A stretch of 64,000 nt of DNA, taken from contig OZ245046.1 of NCBI GenBank assembly GCA_965224245.1, positions 3,136,001 to 3,200,000 of the forward strand, given 5' to 3'. The notes below the pieces were generated by a model. It saw nothing but the letters and a program-made list of their open reading frames with translations. It was not told the origin of the DNA and did no database searches. Origin of the DNA: Candidatus Eiseniibacteriota bacterium (GTDB lineage: Bacteria > Eisenbacteria > RBG-16-71-46 > CAZAMP01). Below, piece by piece: positions 46,609 to 58,804 of the stretch. The position numbers were made by a program, and so were the translations under genes. Each line of letters begins with the position of its first letter. The first letter of the stretch is position 1.

Positions 46609-49119
46609 ATGAGGACGTACATCTCGCCTCGCCGTCTCGGGGTCGTGCTCGTACAGGTGGCCATCTCGGTCAACAGCGTAGGAGCGGCCCCCGTAGGTAC
46701 AAGCGGCTGCACGCCACAACCCGATGGCTGCGGCAGTCCGTCCGCGCAGCTCGCCCAGGGTGACCACCGTATCGTGGATCCCTCGGGCAGAGCCGAGATT
46801 CCCTTCCAGATGTCAGGTCATCATGTTCTCGTCCCGGTCAGCGTGAACGATGGTGAGCCCTTCCTCGTCGTGCTCGACACGGGCATGCCCATCCGGGGCT
46901 TGATCCTCACTCCCGGCCCGCGAACCGACGCGCTTGAGCTCGAGAATCCGCACGGACTCCGCGTGGCCGGTGAAGGCAGCGATAGTCGCGACTCCCGGGT
47001 AGGGACCGGTGTCACCCTCACCTTGCCGGGCGTCCAGATCTCCGACCAGCTCGTGGCCGTCACGTCTCTTCCGGCCTGCGGCGGGAATGACGGACAGGAT
47101 CACCCGAACGACCCCCGCGTCGAGGGTGTGATCGGGCTGTCCATCTTCGAGCGATTCGTGGTGAGGATCGATCATGATCGGTCGCTCGTGACGCTCGTCG
47201 AGCCCGATCAGTTCCGTCACGACGGACGGGGACACGAGATCCCGATCACACTCGGGCCGACGAACATCCCCGAGATCAACTGTGAGGTGGAGATCGATCC
47301 GGGCGAAAGGGTACCGGTGACGATCGCCGTCGATACGGGTGCTGCCCTTGCTCTGTCGCTGACCCTGGGTACTCACGAGGATCTCCGGCTGCCCGCCGGT
47401 AGTCACGACTCCGTCACAGCCTACAGCGCGTGGGGCGAGGTGGAAGGTCGACTCGGAACGATTGCGGCCTTGCGGCTGGGGAAGCTCACCCTTCCCGACA
47501 TCCCGGTTGCGTTCTACCGAAAGGGCGACCCGGGAATCCCGCCCTGCGGCGAGCATGGCATCCTGGGGAACGCGACGCTCAGGCGATTCAACACGACCTT
47601 CGACTACGTCCGAAAACGACTCATCCTCGAGCCGAAGCAGCGGTCACACGAGCCCGTCACTGTCCCGGTGGGCAACCTTCGATCCTCGACGACCGACACG
47701 GCGGTCCCGGATTCGACGGACGAGCTTTCCGACTCCCAAGAGCTGGTCGAAGAAGTCGCTGCATTCGTTCAGCGCCAAGCCGACGAGGGGAAGTTCTCGG
47801 GCGCCGTCCTCGTCGCGAAGCAGGGAGTCCCGGTGTTCGAGGCCGCGCATGGCTTTGCAAGCCTGGATTACGAGGTCCCGAACCGGATCGACACCAAGTT
47901 CAACCTCGGCTCGATGAACAAGATGTTCACGAGTGTTGCCATCGCGCAGCTGGCCGAGCTCGGAAGGCTCTCCTTTGATGACCGGATCGTCGACCATCTC
48001 CCCGACTACCCGAACGTCGAGGTCGCCAGACAGGTCACGATCCACCACCTGCTCTCCCACACCTCGGGCCTGGGGAACTACTGGAGCGAGGAGTACGAGA
48101 GGACGTCGAAGGACCGCTTTCGCTCCGTCGAGGACTACCTTCCGCTCTTCGTCGATCAGCCTCTCCTCTTCGAGCCGGGTGCACGCTGGTCCTACAGCAA
48201 CGCGGGCTTCATCGTCCTCGGTCTCATCATCGAGCGCGTGTCCGGACAGAGCTACTTCGACTACGTCCGGGAGAACATCTACGAGCCTGCCGGCATGACG
48301 AACACCGACGCCTACGAGGTCGACCATGTCATCCGCAACGTGGCGGTCGGATACACCCGATCGGGTGAAAGGGAGGGGGAACTGAAGAACAACCTCTTCA
48401 TGCACGTCGTGAAGGGAGGGCCCGCCGGCGGCGGGTACTCCACGGTCGAGGATCTCCTGAGCTTCAGCAACGCCCTTCTGGACCATCGACTCGTGAGTCA
48501 GGAGATGACCGATCGGATCTTCGCGGGGCGTAGCGACACGACCCGGGTCGGTCCCGGCTACGGATACGGCTTCAGCCGTCTCCTCGAGAACGGTCATCTG
48601 ATCGTCGGGCATTCCGGTGGCTTCCCTGGCATCAACGCCCATCTCGACATGTACGTCGACCTGGATTACACCGTGGTCGTCATGTCGAACCTCGACAGGG
48701 GGGCAACCGAGGTCGAGGAGTTCATCCTGGTCCAGTTGATTGGGAAAACGCAGTGGATCAAAGATCGCGAGCTGACCGAAACGATCCTGGAACGGATCGC
48801 CGAGCGCGGGTACCACGCCGGTATCCAGCTCTACGAGGAAAGAAAGGGTGTCGGTACGGTCTCGGAGAGGAGAGTCAACCAGTTCGGATACAGTCTCCTT
48901 ACAGCCAACCGAATCCCGGATGCGATCGGAGTGTTCCGCTTCAACGTCCATCTGCACCCGGAGTCGTCGAATGCCTACGACAGCCTGGGTGAAGCCTACA
49001 TGATGGCGAACGAGATCGAGCTCGCAGTCCGTAACTACGAGAGGTCTGTCGCGCTCGACCCCGGAAACACGAACGGGTGGAACATGCTCGAGAAGCTGCG
49101 CGGTGAGTCGAGCCCATGA
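46609..49119 (+). CDS. Secreted fusion: double retropepsin-like aspartyl protease, class C serine hydrolase, TPR
   Basis: VLDTG...GVIG and AVDTG...GILG; GSMNK, YSN, GHSGG; NAYDSLGEAY TPR. Confidence 0.85.
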   Translation: MRTYISPRRLGVVLVQVAISVNSVGAAPVGTSGCTPQPDGCGSPSAQLAQGDHRIVDPSGRAEIPFQMSGHHVLVPVSVNDGEPFLVVLDTGMPIRGLILTPGPRTDALELENPHGLRVAGEGSDSRDSRVGTGVTLTLPGVQISDQLVAVTSLPACGGNDGQDHPNDPRVEGVIGLSIFERFVVRIDHDRSLVTLVEPDQFRHDGRGHEIPITLGPTNIPEINCEVEIDPGERVPVTIAVDTGAALALSLTLGTHEDLRLPAGSHDSVTAYSAWGEVEGRLGTIAALRLGKLTLPDIPVAFYRKGDPGIPPCGEHGILGNATLRRFNTTFDYVRKRLILEPKQRSHEPVTVPVGNLRSSTTDTAVPDSTDELSDSQELVEEVAAFVQRQADEGKFSGAVLVAKQGVPVFEAAHGFASLDYEVPNRIDTKFNLGSMNKMFTSVAIAQLAELGRLSFDDRIVDHLPDYPNVEVARQVTIHHLLSHTSGLGNYWSEEYERTSKDRFRSVEDYLPLFVDQPLLFEPGARWSYSNAGFIVLGLIIERVSGQSYFDYVRENIYEPAGMTNTDAYEVDHVIRNVAVGYTRSGEREGELKNNLFMHVVKGGPAGGGYSTVEDLLSFSNALLDHRLVSQEMTDRIFAGRSDTTRVGPGYGYGFSRLLENGHLIVGHSGGFPGINAHLDMYVDLDYTVVVMSNLDRGATEVEEFILVQLIGKTQWIKDRELTETILERIAERGYHAGIQLYEERKGVGTVSERRVNQFGYSLLTANRIPDAIGVFRFNVHLHPESSNAYDSLGEAYMMANEIELAVRNYERSVALDPGNTNGWNMLEKLRGESSP

Positions 49120-49467
49120 CCGGTACCTGCGTCTACATTCGCGCCCGCATCTGGCGGGTGGCGAGCGTGTCGAAGCCGCTCAGCTCCGATGACGCAGCGG
49201 CTTCTCGATGCGCTGCAGGCGCATCGACACCTCCGGAGCGAGACGGTGCTCTACCGCGAGGACCGAGCGTCGCTCTCGATGAAGATCATCCAGGTCTACG
49301 TCGAGAGCGCCGCTCGACGCGTAAACCTGCGTCACAGGGGCGTGCACTGTCAAGCGACACCCAGTGTTACGCACTTAGGCGACACCGAGTCTTACGCACC
49401 TGAGTTCGGGATAAGTGGTTCTCCTTTCATCGTCTTACAGGCCCTCGGGAGTCAGCAAGCGACACCG

Positions 49468-50286
49468 TCAGGTGTCGCGCGCAGTTGAGGTCGTGTGAGC
49501 GGCCGTCGCGGCTCGTTCCAGGTCCCGGAGCCGGTAGCTCCGCCCGGCGATGTTCAGCACGTGACTGCGATGAAGCAGGCGATCGAGGATGGCCGTGGCC
49601 AGGATCTCGTCTCCGGCGAGGATCTCCGGCCAGTCTCGGATGCCCTTGTTCGTGGTGATGAGGATCGCGCCGCGCTGATAGCGATAGCTGACGAGCCGGA
49701 AGAACAGACTCGCCTCGTGCCGGTTCATCGGCTCGAACCCGACTTCGTCGATCACGAGCAGCGACACGTTCGCATACTTGCGTCGCCGGATCCTCGCCGG
49801 TGGCAGATCGGCATCGCGCCGTAGTGCGGCCAGCAGTTCTTCGAGTCGCATGAACGTGACGCCGAACCCGGCTTCGACCGCTCGGATGCCGAGCGCCACC
49901 GCCAGATGCGTCTTCCCGACTCCTGGCGGTCCCTGGATCAAGAGTGTCCGGTTCTCTCGGATCCACTGACACGTGGCCAGCGTCTCGATCCGCGAGCGCT
50001 CGATCGACGGCTGGAACGCGAAGTCGAAGTTCCCCAGCGTCTGTCCAGTGGGCAGACCGGAGAGCTTCAGCGAGGTCCGTACGCGACGCTCATCGCGGAA
50101 CGAGAGCTCTTCACCGAGCAGCTGATCGAGGAACCGTTGCGGCGGCATCTCCTCCTTGACCGCCTCGGCGATCAGGTGATCGAGCGACTCGGCCGCACGC
50201 GCCAGTCCGAGCTGCTCGAGCCGTTCCCGCGTCGTGTCCAGATCGAGTCGGGGCGTGATCTTCTTGGTCTTGGGGGTGCTGCTCAT
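49468..50286 (-). CDS. istB: IS21 helper ATPase
   Basis: GPPGVGKT, LLVIDEVG, ITTN, AILDRLLH; ATGA overlap with istA. Confidence 0.95.
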   Translation of the reverse strand: MSSTPKTKKITPRLDLDTTRERLEQLGLARAAESLDHLIAEAVKEEMPPQRFLDQLLGEELSFRDERRVRTSLKLSGLPTGQTLGNFDFAFQPSIERSRIETLATCQWIRENRTLLIQGPPGVGKTHLAVALGIRAVEAGFGVTFMRLEELLAALRRDADLPPARIRRRKYANVSLLVIDEVGFEPMNRHEASLFFRLVSYRYQRGAILITTNKGIRDWPEILAGDEILATAILDRLLHRSHVLNIAGRSYRLRDLERAATAAHTTSTARDT

Positions 50287-51542
50287 CGGGCCACCTCGGC
50301 GATCGCCGCGTACAGATCGACCGGACGCGCCTCGGGCACCATCTGGGCGATCTCCTCCAGACGTCGGCCCATCTTCCCCAGCGGGCGTGGAGCACGCACC
50401 GTGGCGGTGTCCTCGCCCTCGTAATGGGCCGGATCGATCACGATCCGCTCCTCCCCGTAGCGCGGATGCATCGCCACGATCGCACCCTCGCCCAGCATCT
50501 GCACCCGCTCGGCGCAGCCACGCACCTCGACCCGGCGACCCACGAACCGGAACGGCACCGAGTACTGTCGCCCCTCGAACGACACCAGACAGTCGTGGCT
50601 CACCGCCCGCATCACCACCACGTCGAACGGTTCGGGCTGGATCGGCAGTGCGCCCAGCAGCGGCTGCTCGCTCGCGTACGCGCTCATCACGCTCGTTCCC
50701 GTGCGCGGACACCGGCGGCGGTGTGCCGAGCGAACGCTCCTCTCGTCGGTCCAGCTCTGAAGCTCCACCAGCGAGTCCCAGTGACGGTCGCGAGGGTCGC
50801 TCCAGAAACGACCGTCACGGATGCGGCGTTCGATCTTCCCCTTCGTCCACGGCTCACGCGGCGGGCAGGCGTCGATGTGGAAGCGCACCACGCGGGCGTA
50901 CTGCCGGTACGACGGGTTGAGCTCGCCCCAGCACCCCGCACCGCGCGAGACCGCCGTCCGCTCGTTGTCCACGCGGATCGTGGCCGGCACGCCCTCCAGA
51001 CGCCGCAGCGCCTCGTTGTGCACGTGATGCCACGAGAGCTGGTCCTTGCGCCGCGACCACACCCGAACCGCGTACCGGCTGTAGCTCAGCTGAAGCTCGA
51101 ACGCGTACAGACGCTCGCGCCGGCCGCCGATCCACACGTCCCGCCACTCGCTCCAGTCCGCCTGCGCTTGCGCGCCCGGCGGGGTCTCCACGCGTCGGCG
51201 GGCGCGGCGCGCGGGCGTGGGGTAGTGCGTGCGAACGAAGCGCTGTACCGAGCGCAGGCTCCCCGTGTAGCGATGCTCCTCCTGGAGATGATCGTGAAGG
51301 GCGGCCACGTTGAGCGGACCGGTGCCACGGGACTCGATCCACCGCGTGATGGCCTCGGCGTGCGCGCTCGCCAGATGCGGCTGATCGGCCCGGCCGTCGT
51401 GGTCGCCCTGGCGGTGGCGTCGGAGATGGTAGCGAACCGTGCCCTCGGTCACGCCCAGCATGCGGGCGATCCGGCGAGACGAGTGACCCCGGTCCGACAA
51501 CGAGATGATGCTCATGCGATCCCCTCGATCGAGCTTGGCCAT
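50283..51542 (-). CDS. istA: IS21 transposase
   Basis: N-terminal HTH, ETPPGAQAQADW, VDN, KGKIER. Confidence 0.95.
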   Translation of the reverse strand: MAKLDRGDRMSIISLSDRGHSSRRIARMLGVTEGTVRYHLRRHRQGDHDGRADQPHLASAHAEAITRWIESRGTGPLNVAALHDHLQEEHRYTGSLRSVQRFVRTHYPTPARRARRRVETPPGAQAQADWSEWRDVWIGGRRERLYAFELQLSYSRYAVRVWSRRKDQLSWHHVHNEALRRLEGVPATIRVDNERTAVSRGAGCWGELNPSYRQYARVVRFHIDACPPREPWTKGKIERRIRDGRFWSDPRDRHWDSLVELQSWTDERSVRSAHRRRCPRTGTSVMSAYASEQPLLGALPIQPEPFDVVVMRAVSHDCLVSFEGRQYSVPFRFVGRRVEVRGCAERVQMLGEGAIVAMHPRYGEERIVIDPAHYEGEDTATVRAPRPLGKMGRRLEEIAQMVPEARPVDLYAAIAEVAR

Positions 51543-51783
51543 GACGCCCTCCTCGATCGAGAGCGTCACAGACATAGGACTTACGCGATAGTGCGTAAAT
51601 CTGGGTGTCGCCTTAGCTCAACTCTGGGGTGTCTCTCTACAGTGCACGTCCTCAGGCACACGTTCTGTTCCCACCTGGCCATGCGGGGGGCCCCGGCCCG
51701 GGCGATCCAGGGTATCCGTTCGGTGAACCCATGTTGAGCCCATCGGCCGGTCCTGAGAACGTGCGCACCCGAGGAGGTGCCGC

Positions 51784-52140
51784 ATGCTCTCGAAGTCGAT
51801 CACGACCGCGCTCGCCCCGATCTCCGACAACCGCTACTGGCGGGAGTCGGACGCGGAACGCGCACTTGCCATCTGGAGCCAGAGTGGGCTCACACTGAAC
51901 GCCTTTGCGCGACAGTGTGGCCTCAGTGTGTCGCGACTGCGCCGCTGGAAGTCCAAGCTCGAGGCCGACGGCAGCCCCCGCTTCCACCCGGTCGAGATCG
52001 TGGAGACGGCTGACGCCGACGTGGCCGACTCCGACGCCGGTATCGAGCTCATCGTCGGACAGCGCCACCGGATCGTCGTCCGCCGCGGCTTCGATCGCAC
52101 GCTGCTACACGAGCTCATCGAGGCGCTCGATCCGTGCTGA
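51784..52140 (+). CDS. tnpA: IS66 accessory protein TnpA
   Basis: WSQSGLTLNAFARQCGL...RRW; first ORF of the IS66. Confidence 0.8.
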   Translation: MLSKSITTALAPISDNRYWRESDAERALAIWSQSGLTLNAFARQCGLSVSRLRRWKSKLEADGSPRFHPVEIVETADADVADSDAGIELIVGQRHRIVVRRGFDRTLLHELIEALDPC

Positions 52141-52514
52141 CCCTGCCGCACACCGTGCGCATCTACATCGCCGCTGAGCCCGTCGATCTCCGCAAGGGCT
52201 TCGACGGGCTCTCGGCGGCCACGCGCGAGATCATCTCCGCCGATCCCCTCTCGGGACACCTGTTCGTGTTCATCAACCGGCGCGCGAACCGGATGAAGAT
52301 CCTCGTCTGGCAGCCCTCGGGCTATCTCCTCGTCTACAAGCGCCTCGAACGCGGCCGCTTCACGCTCCCGCGCCACCCCGAGGTCGGGTCCTCGCACGTC
52401 GAGATCGAGTCGTCGGAGCTGACGTTGCTCCTGGATGGGATCGATCTTCGCGGCTCCCAGCGCCGGAGTCGCTGGTCGCCGAAGAAGGGACTTGCCTGGC
52501 GCGCGACGATGTGA
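52134..52514 (+). CDS. tnpB: IS66 accessory protein TnpB
   Basis: PVDLRKGFDGL, LFVFINRR, KRLERGRF. Confidence 0.93.
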   Translation: MLTLPHTVRIYIAAEPVDLRKGFDGLSAATREIISADPLSGHLFVFINRRANRMKILVWQPSGYLLVYKRLERGRFTLPRHPEVGSSHVEIESSELTLLLDGIDLRGSQRRSRWSPKKGLAWRATM

Positions 52515-52526
52515 TTCAAAGAGTGC

Positions 52527-54140
52527 ATGACCTTCGCGCAACTCACTCGTGAACTCGAGCGCTTCCGCTCCGAGCTCCAGACGCTGGCCGCCAACGGCCG
52601 TACCGATGACGCGATCGAGAAGGCGTTCGAGCGCATGCGCCTGCTCCTGCACCGGAACCTCCATCTCGAGCTGGCGCTGTTCGCCGAGCGTCGCAAGCGC
52701 GCGGGGATCCGGAGCGAGAAGGTGGACCCGGCTCAGCTGTTGTTGATGTTGGCCAAGATGCCCGAGAACAACGTCGATCCCGAGAACGATCTCGACGACA
52801 CCGAGACCGACGATGCGCAGCTGACGGAGGAGATCGCGGCGGCCGAAGCGGCGTTGCCGAGTCCGCCGACGCGGCGGCCCCGCCGGCAACGGCTCCCCGA
52901 GACACTCCCACGCGAGATCGTGACCCACACGCTGCCGGAGCAGGATCTGCCTTGCGGCACGTGTGGCGTTCCGATGAAGGCGATCGGCGAGGACGTGAGC
53001 GAGATCCTGCGCCTGGTCCCCGCCCGGTTCGAGGTCGAGGAGCACCGTCGCACGAAGTACGCGTGTTCGACGTGCAAGGACGCGGTGGTCACCGCGCCGG
53101 GGCCCGCCAAGTTCATCGACAAGGGTCGTGCGGCGCCGAGCCTCTTGGCGCACGTCGTTCAAGCGAAGTACCAGGACCACATCCCGCTGGCGCGGCTGAG
53201 CGAGATCTACGCCCGCGGCGGGGTCGCGATCGCGCGCTCCACGCTCTGCGACTGGACGGCGCGCGTGGCCGAGGAGCTACGGCCCATCGCCGAGCGGATC
53301 TGGGAGAAGGCGTTCCACGCGCACACGCTGCAGAGCGACGCGACCGGGCTGCGGGTGCTCGATCGTGACGACCCGAACGGGGTGCGGATGGGCACGATGT
53401 GGTGCGCCATCGGGGATGGGACGTACGCGGCGTTCCACTACGCGAAGACCGGCACGGGCGAGGACGGCCCGTGGCGCTTCCTGGCGGGCCGCGAGGGCTA
53501 TCACCAGGCGGACGCGGCGACGGTCTACGATCGGGTGTACAACGGCGAGGTGGCCAGCGCGATCGAGGTCGGCTGCTGGGCGCATGCCAGGCGGGGCTTC
53601 GAGGCGTTGCGCGACACGGACTCTCGCGTGGCGTATCCGCTGAAGCTGATCGCGCAGCTGTATCGAGTGGAGACGCTGGCCGATCGGCGTGGGCTCGATC
53701 CCCCCGAACGCCAGGAGCTCCGCACCGAGCGCAGCCGAGCGATCCTGGATCGGCTCGATCGATGGATCGTGCGAACCGAAGAGTCCGAGCCGCCCGAGAG
53801 CGCGCTGTCGAAGGCGTGCGGGTACGTCGTGAATCAACACGACGCGCTCTGGTGCTTCCTCGACGACGGACATCTGCCGTTGGACAACAACCTGTGCGAG
53901 CGGCAGTTGAGAGCGGTCGCCGTCGGTCGGAAGAACTACCTGTTCGCGGGATCCGACCGGGCCGCCCAGCGCGCGGCGATCCTCTACTCCGTCGTGCGCA
54001 CCGCCGCGCTGGCGAAGATCGACGTCTACGCGTATCTCATCCGCGTTCTCGAGCGCATCGCCGATGGGTGGCCCGACGCCAAGATCGACGAGCTGCTGCC
54101 CGAGAACCACGTTCCCTGCTACGAAGCAGACCCCAGGTAG
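52527..54140 (+). CDS. tnpC: IS66 transposase TnpC
   Basis: CxxC zinc ribbon, KYQDHIPL, CWAHARR, DNNLCER, GRKNYLF. Confidence 0.95.
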   Translation: MTFAQLTRELERFRSELQTLAANGRTDDAIEKAFERMRLLLHRNLHLELALFAERRKRAGIRSEKVDPAQLLLMLAKMPENNVDPENDLDDTETDDAQLTEEIAAAEAALPSPPTRRPRRQRLPETLPREIVTHTLPEQDLPCGTCGVPMKAIGEDVSEILRLVPARFEVEEHRRTKYACSTCKDAVVTAPGPAKFIDKGRAAPSLLAHVVQAKYQDHIPLARLSEIYARGGVAIARSTLCDWTARVAEELRPIAERIWEKAFHAHTLQSDATGLRVLDRDDPNGVRMGTMWCAIGDGTYAAFHYAKTGTGEDGPWRFLAGREGYHQADAATVYDRVYNGEVASAIEVGCWAHARRGFEALRDTDSRVAYPLKLIAQLYRVETLADRRGLDPPERQELRTERSRAILDRLDRWIVRTEESEPPESALSKACGYVVNQHDALWCFLDDGHLPLDNNLCERQLRAVAVGRKNYLFAGSDRAAQRAAILYSVVRTAALAKIDVYAYLIRVLERIADGWPDAKIDELLPENHVPCYEADPR

Positions 54141-54363
54141 GCCTCACCCGACAGCGCGCCGGGACACGGGCTGATCACCCGGATGGGATGCCCGAACGGT
54201 TACGATCCAGGAGCTCGCCGGACACCGGGATCTCACGACGACCCAGCGGTACATGCACCTCAGCCCGGCCGCGCTCGACAGCGCGATCCGGCTGCTCGAG
54301 AGTGGAGACATACTGGAGACGGAGGAAACGGATTCTTCGGTCAGCCACTCGCAACAAGAGAAG

Positions 54364-54392
54364 TGGTGGAGGCGGCGGGAATCGAACCCGCG
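54364..54392 (-). repeat. att site: duplicated 3' end of tmRNA (29 bp)
   Basis: TGGTGGAGGCGGCGGGAATCGAACCCGCG identical to 60446-60474. Confidence 0.9.
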
Positions 54393-54569
54393 CATCCATG
54401 AAACACTAACTGGTTGATGGCGCACGACTTCCAACGCAGCCGCCCAGCAACCAACAACTTAGGATAGCGAATCGAGTCCGCAGGAGTCCACACGAGTCCC
54501 CAACAGTCGACCCCAGTCATGGAGAAATAGTGGAGACGAAGAACGACCGGTCCCCGTGCTGGCCCAGTC

Positions 54570-57030
54570 TCAGAAGCCGTACTTGTCCTTTCTCAAGATG
54601 AATGCCTTCTCTCCTCCCTCCATGACCTGAGTGATCCTCCCCCGGATTTCGTTCACGTCGATCGCGCCCGTTCCTGCGATTCTTCCCATCGAATGATCGC
54701 CCGATTGTCGGTAGCCAAAGCATGCGACGAGCTCGGCGTCGCCGTTTACGACCAGGTTGGCGTTGTGGCTAGCAAATATGAGCTGCCTCCGTCTTTTCGC
54801 CTTCCAGACCTGCTCGACTACATCAAGGACTACTTGGTTGTCGAGGTCGTCCTCCGGTTGGTCAATGATGAGTGGCGGGCCCTCCTGATTCAACAGGGTC
54901 TTAAGGAGCGCCGTCGCCTGTTGGCCCGCCGACGCATCGACGAAGGGAATATGTTCGTCCTCGCGGACCTTGTACTCGAATGCGGGTCGGTCCTCGAAGG
55001 GCGTTACTGCGAGTTCGCGCCATGCACTTATCGTTAGCTTGGCGGCGATGCGCTTCCGCTCCGGCTCAGTCCACTCGAGCAGCTTCAGCTTCGGTGTCTC
55101 GGGTAGTTCTGTTGCTTCCTCGGCATCGTGCAATGCCAGCAGTTCCAGCTCTGCTAGCACTGCTTCCCATTCCTCAAGTGGGTCTTTGACCTTCTGTATT
55201 CGCTCGGTAAGGGCGTCGACTTTTGCCCGACCGAGCCTTGCTCCAGCCACTGCAGTGCGGAGTTTCTCTGCGATCGAACTGAATCCTGCGCCCTCTTCAA
55301 GTCCGGCTCGAATGGTCCTTTGCGATGCCTCGGTCAGTGCCTTGCACTGATCCTTGAGGAGCTTTGTTCGCCTCTTGTGTATGTCTTTCCAACTCTTTCT
55401 CAGCTCGCCGTAGGCCCCCACCGGATCGCCCAGCTCCTGAAGCTCTTGTTTGTGCTCTTGCAGGGTTCTGCGCGTTTCCGCTAGTCGCTTCTCGAGTTTC
55501 GAAAGTTCGTTCAACTGTGTCTCGTGCGCCGAGGCCCGCTTCTTCGCTTCCTCGTACCGCTTTTCGAACGCTTCTTTCGTCTCCGACCAGTGCTGCTTCG
55601 CGGCGCTGATGGAGCCATCCCGAGCTTCTTCAAACCGCGTCGTCATTTCTTGCAGGTCAGTTCGCAACTGCTCGTACAGGGCTGTCATGGCTCTTTCGAT
55701 GGTTGCGAGATCTTCGCTCCCTGGGAGGTCGCCAATCGCCTCTTCTGGCTTCGTTGGGAGACTCTCTAGTGCATCATTGAGCGCCCCAAGGGCCTCTTGT
55801 GTGCCACTGAGATCCGCGTCCCAGACATCGACAATAGCGGCCGCATCGTCGTGCGGTTGCTTGCTCTCGATAGTAGCTTGGTCGTCCGGAGTCAGATTCT
55901 TGAATGACTCGCGTATCGTCCGTACTTGCTTCGTCAACGATTGAACTGCCAACTCGTCTCGAGCAATGTAGCGACCGAGACTGCGTGCCTTCTCTACGTG
56001 CACGAGGATCTCCCGGATCGCCTCTGCGATCTTCTCGAGCTCCGCGTCGCTCTTGGCAAGCTTCTCTCGAATCGGTGCCTCTACGAAACGTGCAAGCTCC
56101 TCGATGCGGATCGCGACATTGCTCAGTTGCTTCTGACTGAAGGCCTGAACAGGCAAGAGCGCTCGAATATCAGCTTCTGAGCAGTCGCGGAACTCCTCGT
56201 CTCCAATGCGAAGGAGCGTCTCGCCCGTACTTGATTGACGTCGGACGTGATGCGGGAGTCCATTTGCCACAAACCGTACGTCGACCGTAGCATTGAGCGG
56301 AACTAGCGTCTTCTGGATCAGAGTCTGCCGCCGTGCTACGTAGTTGGGCACCTCTGCACCAAGTTCAGTGGGTATCTCCGGCGGCTGATCGCATAGGGCC
56401 CATCGCAGATATTCAAGCAGTGTCGACTTTCCGGTTCCGCGGCCACCGATGAGCGCCGAGTACTGCGGGTTCATCACTAGATTGACGGGACCGAGGAACT
56501 GGCTGTTCTTCACTGTGACTTCGGTGATGGTCGCGCTGGGCAACTCAGGCGCTTGATGACTGATTCGTGACTCCTGGGCTAGGCACGCCTGCCGCAGTGC
56601 CTCGGCTGTGGGCTCTGCCCACTTCACCCAGGTCGACCACTTACCGAGTTCGTCGTGCGTACTGCTTCGTGTGTCTGATGTTTGGAAGACGGCGATGCGC
56701 TTGCTGCCCCAGTTTGCGTCGCGCCCTGCATGGATGTTTCGCGTGCCCTCTTTCAGCTTACTGATCCCGCCATCGACGAAGCCGCCCACGCACGGCATGT
56801 TCTTGTACTTTGCATACATCTTCCGTCGGAGCAGTGAATGCTCCCTATTCTCGTCTCCGACGTTCGGCAGCAGAATGTACCGGCCCCGAAGGTAATCATG
56901 CCCATCAAGTGCGTCACAGACATCGGACAGCGACTCGAATGCAATCGCTTTGACCTCTGGGCCCCTCTCATCCTGCGGATCGTGTGCAGTTAGCTTGAGG
57001 GCATGCAGTGCCAAGTCGAAGAGGTCCTGC
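54570..57030 (-). pseudogene. PHP-domain plus SMC/ABC-type ATPase (Ppl/TrlF-like), 5'-truncated by IS3
   Basis: QTSD...WVKW...EALRQA (end of a PHP-like domain), GGRGTGKS, ASAGQ, PLIIDQPEDDLDN, ASHNAN, MEGG; start lost at the IS3 end. Confidence 0.75.
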
Positions 57031-57080
57031 TGAACCACGCCGGGTTTGCCGGAGGGTGTATTCCTTGAGAGGATACCTCC

Positions 57081-58414
<1,334 letters not shown>

Positions 58415-58444
58415 CCAGCTCTCCGGAGAACCCGGTACGGTTCA

Positions 58445-58804
58445 ACGCGTGCGGCGACTAGTTTGTTGGTTGAGAAGTTTGAGGCGTTGAGCTGGGTCGT
58501 GGTGCGTGAGGGCGTGCTGCGCGCGGCTGATGGTGCTGCGAAGCAGGTCGATCTGCTCTTGCGTGATCTTGATGGCGTTGCTGTTTCGTGCGAGGTGGCG
58601 GGTACTGCTGCGCACGAGTGTCATAACGCTCTGTTTGTGTTGCGGGCGGTCGAGCGTGTGCGGCTTCACGTGGTGGTTTGCTTGTCTGGTGATGTGTTGC
58701 GTGTTGTGAAGCAGCGCTTCGTGGCGGAGCCGTTGTTGGCTTCGGACGTTCGTGTTCGTGTCGTGAGCTTGCCTGAGGCGTTGCGTCCTGAGTGGGTCCC
58801 ATAG
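58445..58804 (+). pseudogene. 3' remnant of a gene with a PD-(D/E)XK-like motif, cut by IS3
   Basis: Frame is open from the IS end; VVREG...KQVDLLL...SCEV; G/T-ending codons. Confidence 0.4.

Larger units (their letters stand above)
49348..51641 (-). mobile_element. IS21 family element (2294 bp) with 6-bp target duplication GTGCAC
   Basis: TG...CA ends; repeated GCGACACC-N5-TTACGCAC near both ends; GTGCAC at 49342-49347 and 51642-51647. Confidence 0.93.
51712..54203 (+). mobile_element. IS66 family element (2492 bp) with 8-bp target duplication GATCCAGG
   Basis: Terminal inverted repeats GTATCCGTTCGG / CCGAACGGTTAC; GATCCAGG at 51704-51711 and 54204-54211. Confidence 0.93.
49174..54392 (+). 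pseudogene. 5'-truncated copy of the tmRNA-island integrase, split into three pieces by IS21 and IS66
   Basis: 49174-49347, 51648-51711 and 54212-54392 align collinearly with 60056-60474. Confidence 0.92.

Noticed and set aside
52134-52514. IS66 TnpB as an RNA-guided nuclease
   Set aside because: Name overlap only; this 126-aa accessory protein is unrelated to IS200/IS605 TnpB
54364-54392. A separate tRNA gene
   Set aside because: Only the T-arm and acceptor 3' strand are present; it is the att duplicate of tmRNA
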